This document shows, piece by piece, positions 1-7,700 of a stretch of 32,000 nt of DNA. The position numbers were made by a program, and so were the translations under genes. Where the stretch lies: positions 3,240,001 through 3,272,000 of the forward strand of contig NC_010628.1 of the NCBI RefSeq assembly GCF_000020025.1, read 5' to 3'. Source of the stretch: Nostoc punctiforme PCC 73102. GTDB taxonomy: Bacteria; Cyanobacteriota; Cyanobacteriia; Cyanobacteriales; Nostocaceae. The first letter of the stretch is position 1. The number at the start of each line of letters is the position of its first letter. The notes beneath the pieces were generated by a model that was given only the letters and a program-made list of their open reading frames with translations, had not been told where the DNA came from and searched no databases.

Positions 1-904
1 CTGGCGCGATTTCAATTTCATACTGAGCATCACTAACCCGGAGTTTAGGAATTTTCAACTCAGTGGTAATTTTCTCCAAAATTGTTTGCCCGACCATTGC
101 TTGCACAGATGAACCAGGGACGTTGTTGATTATCCCTAAACCGAGTGCGTAGTTGCGGGTTGATTGTTGCCTGAGCAAGTTATCCATCAAGTCTTGCGAT
201 AACACGGTTTCATCTGGATAGTAGCCATTGAGATCGTAGAATGCGCGTGCGTGCCGCTGCAAATTGTCTATACCATTGGCGTTAGTGGCATCAGTCCAGA
301 TAGCGCTGCCTAAAGTGTTACCAGTCAAAGGGGCCGGGAATAAAGTTGGCTCGGTATTGTATTGCAAGCGAAAGCGGGAACCCGATCGCGTATCGGTAAA
401 GTCGCATAGTCCAGTAGTGACGGTTTGCCACCACAAAACATTAGCGGTTTTCACAACTCTAGGTTGGAGACTGTCTACCGTACCAATTAGCAGATCCACA
501 AAATAGCGGGGCATATTCTGCATTTGCGCCAGTTCCATCATCCGGATCTCATCTTCTTCATTGAAGATGTGGGAGATCGCAATCTTACCGAACGACGAAC
601 CTTCAATTTTGGTCAAGCGACCTGCACGGGTTTGGGGGATTTCTTGACCTGTGGCAATGATAGACGCGATCGCCATGTTCCTTTCGATCATGTATTCCAA
701 CACCCGGAAATCGTCGGTCATTTCCATCGGTGCGTACTCATCAGGGATGATGTATTGGTCAAGCAGTTTCATATCAGGCTGCTTACCTTCGGTTTTGAGG
801 CGAATTTCCTTATTAGGATCGACCAAGAATGCGCTTGTATTGTCAATCAGCGCATCTATCTTGGTTTTAATTCGGGCTGTATTGAGAAATTTTGCAATAG
901 ACAT
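1..904 (-). CDS. Major capsid protein, lambda gpE-like (N-terminal ~301 aa; ORF continues past the left edge)
   Basis: Not in the supplied ORF track because it has no stop in the window. ATG at 904-902, open to base 1: MSIAKFLNTARIKTKIDALIDNTSAFLVDPNKEIRLK...IIATGQEIPQTRAGRLTKIEGSSFGKIAISHIFNEEDEIRMMEL...DAQYEIEIAP. It is the last gene of the head module, after the decoration-like gene. The TGQEIPQTRAG...FGK segment recalls the SGEVIRSRGG...YVKP region of lambda gpE (from memory, not aligned). Confidence 0.6.
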   Translation of the reverse strand, partial: MSIAKFLNTARIKTKIDALIDNTSAFLVDPNKEIRLKTEGKQPDMKLLDQYIIPDEYAPMEMTDDFRVLEYMIERNMAIASIIATGQEIPQTRAGRLTKIEGSSFGKIAISHIFNEEDEIRMMELAQMQNMPRYFVDLLIGTVDSLQPRVVKTANVLWWQTVTTGLCDFTDTRSGSRFRLQYNTEPTLFPAPLTGNTLGSAIWTDATNANGIDNLQRHARAFYDLNGYYPDETVLSQDLMDNLLRQQSTRNYALGLGIINNVPGSSVQAMVGQTILEKITTELKIPKLRVSDAQYEIEIAP

Positions 905-944
905 TTTAGGTTGGGAACTGGGGATTAGGGGCTAGGGATTAAAA

Positions 945-1877
945 TTAACCGCCTGTGTAAATCGGTATGAAACTGAGTCGGGGCATGGACGCAACGATGT
1001 GTCCATCAATATAGGGCAAAGCTAAAGTATTGATTGCTGCCATGTTGTAACCAGCGATCGCGTCTCCCCTATCCTGCCCCTCGTCATCGGTGAGGTAATA
1101 CTCGTGAGTGAGAATACACAGTGGTGTATCGGTGATAGTTCCAATTTTTGTACCAATAACTTGGTTTCCATTAGAACTAGAAGCGGTAATAGTCAAAGCG
1201 CCTACAGGTGTTGTGACTGCTACAACTGCCGTACCTGTACTACCACCAGTACCTTGAGCTACGCTGCTCGTTACGGTAAAAACCGCTCTATTCTGACGGT
1301 GAGTGAAAGTAATCACAGCACCGGCAACAGTGGCATCAATATCAGCCCAACTTGAAGTTTGTGATTTTTGGGCATCGAATGCAGTCTTTAATCCAGTGGC
1401 GACATCACTAGGTACTGTAGTTGTGGCAGTAAATCCAAAAGAAATGCCGTCTGCGGTGAGAGTGAAAATGTTACCGACTGCTGGGGAGGCGATCGTTACT
1501 GTAGTAGTTTGCGGCCCATCTGTGGCAGAAACTGCGGTTACTGTTCCAAAAGCTGCCGCACTTGCGTTTACTACCGCAGCATTTTCAGCAGTGGGAGTGC
1601 TTGAAGGCGTACCAATTACTTTGAGAACATCCCCTGGTTTAAATGCCCAGGGATTATTCACAATCACGGTGGTTGCATCGCTAGCATAAGGACTGATAAT
1701 TTTCGCCCTTGGCAATATGCGGTTAGCAGTAGTCAATATACTGCCAGGTAATATACGCCGATGACCGCCAATTTTAGCGATATCAGTAGGTGTAATATAT
1801 CGTCCATACAGTCTCTCGGTGTTGACGTTGTTGTATAGGACTGGGCGCTCAATTCTGTAACTGTAGCGAGTAAGCAT
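945..1877 (-). CDS. Head-associated beta-rich protein, possibly a capsid decoration protein with a large Thr/Ala/Val-rich insertion
   Basis: 310-aa ORF with an ATG start, immediately upstream of the capsid gene as in the lambda D-E order. The central ~200 aa are T/A/V/G-rich (VTAVSATDGPQTTTVTIASPAVGNIFTLTADG...). The function is positional inference only. Confidence 0.45.
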   Translation of the reverse strand: MLTRYSYRIERPVLYNNVNTERLYGRYITPTDIAKIGGHRRILPGSILTTANRILPRAKIISPYASDATTVIVNNPWAFKPGDVLKVIGTPSSTPTAENAAVVNASAAAFGTVTAVSATDGPQTTTVTIASPAVGNIFTLTADGISFGFTATTTVPSDVATGLKTAFDAQKSQTSSWADIDATVAGAVITFTHRQNRAVFTVTSSVAQGTGGSTGTAVVAVTTPVGALTITASSSNGNQVIGTKIGTITDTPLCILTHEYYLTDDEGQDRGDAIAGYNMAAINTLALPYIDGHIVASMPRLSFIPIYTGG

Positions 1878-1917
1878 GGTTTTGTATTACGAAATATTAA
1901 GACCAATTGGTCTTGGT

Positions 1918-2880
1918 TTATTGGTAGCCGTGGCGAGAACGGTAATTGCTTACAAATTCTTTGCTTTCTTCTTTTTCGTGAGCATCGACATCAATCGTCT
2001 CTACTACCTCTTGTGAGAAGAAAGCGCTGTAGTTTGATGGGCCTGATTGAGCTTTCCAGTTTAAACAAAACTCAACGTTGTCTAAATACTGCGATGGATT
2101 TACGCCACTGTTGTTGCAAAACTGGCAAAACACTGCAACGCTATCTACGTCTTGGCTAAAGTTGGCTGAACGGAGCAAAGAATTACGTTCTGCTGGGGTG
2201 AGTATGTTTCGCTCCTCTAGGCTATCGGCTATTTTTTCAAGTTGGCGCAACCTAAAGCCTACCTCGCGTTCAGTTTGGATAGAGTTGAATTCAGCTCGTA
2301 AATTTTGGACACTTGTGTTGAGCGATTTGTGCTGAGCGGAGTCGAAGTAAGTCGAAACATCAGCAGACATCTCAACTGAGTCGTCGGGCATTGCTTCATT
2401 GTATGCTTCTTGCCCTAAAAGCATAAATTGCTGATAAGCCATCTCATCATCAGAGAGGAAATGGTCAGCGATCGCCTGGGTGACTTCGGGAACTGGGGCA
2501 GCTGCCCCCATTAAATAAGCCTGCACTTCTTCGGGGGTGATATTTGCGACTTCAGAAACTGTAGCAATCCCCTCTGCTGGATCGTCAAAGCTATCATCAA
2601 TGATACCTGAAAGCATCTCGCCAAAGTCAGCACCAGCAGCGCTCGTCATTTCTGGTTCAAATTCAACTTGAACTTCTATATCAAAGATGTCGAGTTGATT
2701 TTGAGCGTGGTCTTCAATAGCTTGTCCGATGGTGGCATCTACATCGCCAGAGTCAACCTGTCCGCCTGCCTCAGCTTCTAAGGCACTGTGGACTAAGGTA
2801 ATAAATTCTACGTAATTATTGTTAAGGTGTTGAATTTCTTCGTAGTCAGAGAGTGATTGTAATTGCTCAAGTACGTCCAT
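1918..2880 (-). CDS. Highly acidic hypothetical head-module protein (scaffold-like?)
   Basis: 320-aa ORF with an ATG start, very D/E-rich in the N-terminal half (DSGDVDATIGQAIEDHAQNQLDIFDIEVQVEFEPE). It lies between the protease-like and decoration-like genes. Confidence 0.6.
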   Translation of the reverse strand: MDVLEQLQSLSDYEEIQHLNNNYVEFITLVHSALEAEAGGQVDSGDVDATIGQAIEDHAQNQLDIFDIEVQVEFEPEMTSAAGADFGEMLSGIIDDSFDDPAEGIATVSEVANITPEEVQAYLMGAAAPVPEVTQAIADHFLSDDEMAYQQFMLLGQEAYNEAMPDDSVEMSADVSTYFDSAQHKSLNTSVQNLRAEFNSIQTEREVGFRLRQLEKIADSLEERNILTPAERNSLLRSANFSQDVDSVAVFCQFCNNSGVNPSQYLDNVEFCLNWKAQSGPSNYSAFFSQEVVETIDVDAHEKEESKEFVSNYRSRHGYQ

Positions 2881-2888
2881 AATTATTA

Positions 2889-2920
2889 GTCATTTGTCAT
2901 TTGTCATTTGTCATTTGTCG
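2889..2920. repeat. Heptamer tandem repeat (CATTTGT x4; GACAAAT on the - strand), STRR-like
   Basis: The sequence gtCATTTGTCATTTGTCATTTGTCATTTGTcg fills the 40-bp intergenic gap between the stop at 2921 and the start at 2880. Short tandemly repeated heptamers are typical of heterocystous cyanobacterial genomes. Confidence 0.85.
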
Positions 2921-3484
2921 TTATCGGCGACTGAAATAAATTGAGGTTGGGCGGCGAGAATAAGCTTCAGTCCGATCACGGGTGAGTAAGTAGCCTGCCG
3001 TGCCAAGGGCTGCCCCAGCTAGAGCATATTTACCTTTATTAGCTCCAAGATGACCTAACACTCCACGCCCAGCCCGCTTGGAAGCAACAGCAATATCACC
3101 ACCAATTTGACGAGCGCCTGTGGCAATATTTCCCGCACCAGCTTTAACGCCTGGGGAGACGATTTTATTGATCGCCCTCTTTGATTGACGTAAACCCTTT
3201 TTAACGATCGCTATTCCACCACGCTTAGTTTTTCTGAGGAAAGTTGGGGCATCTCTAGCGGCTTGTTTTACCTGCTGAGTAATGCTTTTTGAGGCACTAG
3301 AAGCGAATGGATCGGACACTGCCACCGCACCTGCTCCCGGTCTAAATTTGCTGGGCTTTATCGCCACGTTCTCGGCTACCGCCACACCTCCACCACCTCT
3401 AGCACGCCGACGACCCGCCCCTATTTCGGCAAATTCTGCATACTGAGTTTCAATATCCCGCATGGTAAATAAAATTACCGCCAT
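2921..3484 (-). CDS. Basic Gly/Ala/Arg-rich hypothetical protein with a C-terminal hydrophobic segment
   Basis: 187-aa ORF. Its ATG overlaps the upstream TAA (TAATG at 3486-3482), suggesting translational coupling. Contains GAGRRRARGGGG and YALAGAALGTAGYLL. Confidence 0.6.
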   Translation of the reverse strand: MAVILFTMRDIETQYAEFAEIGAGRRRARGGGGVAVAENVAIKPSKFRPGAGAVAVSDPFASSASKSITQQVKQAARDAPTFLRKTKRGGIAIVKKGLRQSKRAINKIVSPGVKAGAGNIATGARQIGGDIAVASKRAGRGVLGHLGANKGKYALAGAALGTAGYLLTRDRTEAYSRRPTSIYFSRR

Positions 3485-4392
3485 TACTTACGCCTCCTTC
3501 TTTTAAGAGTGACAGTGTTGCTTGTAAATTCTGCATTATCGCCCTCATCTTCTGAATACTGCTGCACGTATTCTTGGGGCATCTGCTGATAAGGGTCAAT
3601 TTTAATAGGTTGTGGTTCTTGTATGACCATTTCTGCTGGTTCTTGGTCTAACCCCAATAGTTCCAGCAAATCTGCGTAAAAGTCATCAACCGCTTTTAAT
3701 CTAAGCGCATCAGGAGTGATACCGATCATGTCGTTCCCGTCGGCTGATTCAATGTCACCAATCACGCGAAACAAGATATCAAAGCACTCTTGTGCTTCCC
3801 CCTTGAGACGGGCAATTCTGCCTTGCTGTTCTTTGGCTTCGGCGTAGCTCAAGTTAAAATAAGCGCGACTGCCTCCGTCATCAGCGCGGAATAAAGCAGG
3901 CCCGTGAATTGCTGGGAACGCAACAGAAGACACTTCTGCAATCCGTTCTGTATCTAAATCGATACCTGGGGATAAAGGTTTTATTAATCCTTTGCGTACC
4001 TCGTCAACATAATGGTTGATGTAAAACTTACCAAACATCCCAAATTTGCCAATCAAATCCCGCATTTTGGGATTGGGCAAATCGCGTTCTTGAATAATTC
4101 TCCCCTCTACACGAGAATGGAGTTTACCAAGTTTATTAAATCCACCGTTGGGGTTGACCAAGGTTTTGGCATGGTCGATCATCAAAGGAATTTCTACCCC
4201 AGAGTCAAAAGCCGCATTCGTGTTGTCTGTCAGCTGTTGTACTCTGTGGGATGGGAATTCATGAACCCTTCCTTTATTATCTTTTTGTGTTCCCTCAACC
4301 AAGAGAAGGGCATTCTTAATTAAAAAATCACCCTGCTCGTAGCTGCCAAACGCAACTAACCCACCGGCTGAATCAAAGTAAGCCTTGCTCAT
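3484..4392 (-). CDS. Putative prohead protease / scaffold protein
   Basis: The track ORF 3484-4539 is trimmed to the ATG at 4392 (MSKAYFDSAGG...), because the longer form overlaps the opposite-strand HTH gene. The N-terminal ~200 aa (LVEGTQKDNKGRVHEFP...VEIPLMIDH...SPGIDLD) look like a Mu-I/HK97-type protease. The acidic helical C-terminus ending in RRRRK looks scaffold-like. The position between MuF and capsid fits. Confidence 0.45.
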   Translation of the reverse strand: MSKAYFDSAGGLVAFGSYEQGDFLIKNALLLVEGTQKDNKGRVHEFPSHRVQQLTDNTNAAFDSGVEIPLMIDHAKTLVNPNGGFNKLGKLHSRVEGRIIQERDLPNPKMRDLIGKFGMFGKFYINHYVDEVRKGLIKPLSPGIDLDTERIAEVSSVAFPAIHGPALFRADDGGSRAYFNLSYAEAKEQQGRIARLKGEAQECFDILFRVIGDIESADGNDMIGITPDALRLKAVDDFYADLLELLGLDQEPAEMVIQEPQPIKIDPYQQMPQEYVQQYSEDEGDNAEFTSNTVTLKRRRRK

Positions 4393-4478
4393 ATTAAAAA
4401 CAGATTGAGTTTTCACCAATCTGCTAACAACTCGACTGACAATAGTATTATCTTTTTTATGACAAAGCGCCATACAGT

Positions 4479-4721
4479 ATGACAGATTGCCATATTTTAA
4501 GAAAGTTGAAGCAGGCAAGATTGGATGCAGGATTGTCACAGCTAAAAGCCGGGAAGTTCATCCATTGTTCTCAATCAACGCTTTGCAAAAAAGAGAGAGG
4601 CGATCGCCGCTTCTTTGCTGAAGAACTATTGCAACTTTGTTATCTTTATAAGATATCCCCGAAGGATTTTATAGAAAAACGTAGAAAGAGGTCAAAAAAG
4701 AAATCAGACATTAAAGGATAA
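4479..4721 (+). CDS. XRE-family helix-turn-helix transcriptional regulator
   Basis: 80 aa, ATG start. LRKLKQARLDAGLSQLKAGKFIHCSQSTLCKKERGDRRFFAEELLQLCYLYKISPKDF is an HTH_3-type pattern, followed by a basic tail. It is encoded antisense to the surrounding head operon. Confidence 0.7.
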   Translation: MTDCHILRKLKQARLDAGLSQLKAGKFIHCSQSTLCKKERGDRRFFAEELLQLCYLYKISPKDFIEKRRKRSKKKSDIKG

Positions 4722-7700
4722 TTATGGATTTCTTAGAGATCGCATCTGTACTTGCATCTCTTGAACTTGCCTGTAATCATCCCCAATTTTTTTAACTAAA
4801 TCTACCCTTTTGGCTTGCAAACTATCAATTTCATCAGATAGCTTGATTGCTCGTTGCGACAATCCCCCACCTAGTATTTGCTGCTGTTCTTGCAATCTCA
4901 CTAACTGCTGATTGACGGTTGCAAGTTGAGATTGAGAAGAGGCGATCGCCCCTCTAAATTCTTCAGTACTGCTTTTAAGTTGTTGAATTTGCTGATAGGC
5001 TTCATCACCTAGCTTAAGGTCTTTGATATCTTCACCCACACCCTTCATCTGCTGTCTTGTCTGCTCAAATAAATCTCGTTTTTGGGCGAGTGCAATCTCA
5101 TTTTTAGTTGTACCTTTGCCCTGTTGTTTGAGTAAATCTATTTCTTGATTGAGGTCGTTGATTTCTTTAAAAGTGTTGCGAGATGTGGAATCAAGGGCAT
5201 CTAATTGTTGTTGAGCCTTAACTACTTTGGGGTTAGTTGATACCGCAGGGTTAGTAAATTGTTTGCTGTTAACAAGTCCTTTTAATCGTTCTTGGGTTGC
5301 TTGTAGTTGTTTTTGTAATTCCTCTGCACTGGTAGCTTTACCCTTGAGATCAAAGGTGGGTATGCGGTTAGCGTCATAGCGTAGGCGCTCGTAAATATCC
5401 TTGGCATCTTGATACGCTTGCTCAATAGTTTGGGATTGGTTTACACGAGAGTTACCTAACTGTTGCAGGAAGGTTTCGTTAGCTTGTTGGTATTGGTCGT
5501 AAAGTTTTGTAATGGGTTGAGAGGCGATCGCCCCAGGTTTTGCAGTGCTACCAATTACATCTTGATACCGTTTGCTCCATTCCTCCATATCAAGCAAAGT
5601 TTTCCTTGCATATCCATAAGCATCATCTGGAGAGATTTGGCGGAATAGCTCGGTGAGTGCGGCGTTATCTTTTTTATCAATAGCTTTTTGGATCTCTCGC
5701 TGTAGTTCGGTTAATCGATTGTTTGATGATCCGATGTTGCTGGGGTTGAGAGCGGCGTTTCGTGTTGAAAGCCAGTAGGTTAAATTGTCTTCAGCATTTT
5801 TGAGCAAGTCGTCAAAACCCTGAACTTTGCGGTCTGAGTTGATAAACCTAAACTCAGTATTACGTTTAACAACTTCAATGTTGGCTTCAATCTGTTTCGT
5901 TTTATCCCACAAATCAGATGCCATTTTGCGGATCTGGGCGAGTGACTTGGAAGTTGTGGGAGCGCCGTTAAGAACTAAAGATAAATCGCGGGGGATGTTG
6001 GCAGTATCCCAACCATTGAAACCAAGCAACCATGCCACCGTACCTTCAGGCATTGATTCTAGTTCTCGCATATCGGCTTGGATTTGTGACAATCGCCGCT
6101 CAATTACTGGGGCAGTGTTACCCTCAAAGCCTTGATATTGCTCATCGTAGCGGTTGTAAAAGTTTTCTTGATTGGTGGCACGGTTATTTAAGTTGCGGGT
6201 TGCCGCTTCATCGGCGCGGCGGTAAAGTTTCGCACTGCTTTGCATTCGGCGCTGTACAGTGCGGAGGTCTTTTACAGTGTCGTACTGGGTTCTAAGTTCT
6301 GGTTCTAGCTGATTTTTAGTGACTGGTAGCTTGGAAAGTCGTTGTTGTAATTGCTTTAACTTTTCGGCAGTAGAAGCGATCGCCTGATTTGTTTGTTCAA
6401 TCGTGTTAATAGCACCCCTAGCAGTGTCAATTACTGGGTTGGTGTAATCATTTAACTGGTCTGATACGGTTCTAATTTGGTCGATGGCATCAGACTGCTG
6501 ACGCTTGAGGCGTTGGAGTTCTAGCCATGCTTGGGAGCGTTCCGCACCGGGGGGAAGCCTAGAAACCTGGGATTCTAGAGTTTGGATTTTGGTATTAAAT
6601 TCTTCTAGGTTGGTGCGGAGATTATCAGCAGTTTTTTGGGAAGTGACAGCAGCGCGTTGATTGTTGAGTTTAGTTACTCGCTGCTCTATTGCGTCAACTT
6701 TCTCATTAATTTTGGCAGCATACTTATTATTATTTTCAATCGCTCCATCAATAGTTTTGGTAGCTTTTTGAAGTTGAGCGCGGATTTGGGCGATGCTAGC
6801 GGGCGCTTGTTCAAAGTAGTTGGGCTTGGTGGGGTCAAGTAGGTTTTGGTAATTGTCCTCGACACTGGCTAACCGTCTATCCCATTCAAGTAATTGGTCT
6901 TCTACGGTAGAAACTTGCTGATTGAAACTACGAAAACCATCAACAGTATTTTGAGTGTCACTGGCTTGCTGTTTGAGTGACTTACCAAATAATTCTTTAC
7001 TGTTTAACTGATCGTTGGCAGTTTTGACAGATGCTTGATTGAAGTCGTCAACACCACTCCGAATCCCTGACAGTTCTTGTTTCAAAGGATCGGTTACAAT
7101 TGTTGGCACTTTTTGAGGTATTACTCGCTCCGGTGGTAATCCAGAAGTGGAGTAAGGTAACGGTGCGCGTGGTGAAATAGCATTACCAGCGCTTACATCT
7201 GGTGGTAATAAATCCTCCCCTGCCCCCCTGCCCCCCTGCCCCCCTGCCTCTCTTACTGGTACAGTTTCCTTAACTGGCGAAAATTGCCGAGGGATAACTA
7301 CAGCGCGTTGCTGCATATTCTCAATGGTGCGATCGCCTATACCTTTGCCTTTAAGTCGAGTTTTTAAATCCTCAATATCTTTGAATGAACCTTTTTGCAG
7401 TTCGTTGAATATGGTTTCGGATTGCGATTTGGTCAACCCCAGATTAGCCGCCCATAACTGTGTAGGCGTGCGAATGCTTTTAGGGTCAAGTAAGGGGATA
7501 ATTTGATACCCTTCTGAGAGTTGCTTTAATCGCTCAAAGGTTTTTGCTCCAATTTCGGGGACGTTTTTTAAGTCCTCAATTTTGGTAATTGCTGACTGTT
7601 CCCGGCGCTTGAGGATCGCATTTACTTGGCGGACAGTAAGCGATCGCCCTGGTAATATTTTTTGCAATTCTTCACGAGTCGCGGTATTGATGTCAAGTTG

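Noticed and set aside
264-935. Track ORFs 264-506, 524-928 and 651-935 on the + strand
   Set aside because: They lie antisense to a 301-codon open frame with a capsid-like translation (1-904, -). Two start at non-ATG codons, and their translations are low-complexity or Cys/Arg-rich shadow products.
1104-2335. + strand ORFs 1104-1355, 1303-1689 and 2078-2335
   Set aside because: They are antisense shadows of the longer, ATG-started - strand genes 945-1877 and 1918-2880.
4393-4539. N-terminal 49-codon extension of the 351-aa ORF (start at 4539)
   Set aside because: It overlaps the convincing opposite-strand XRE HTH gene. The extension peptide (MTILHPILPASTFLKYGNLSYCMALCHKK...) looks non-genic, and the ATG at 4392 gives a clean start.
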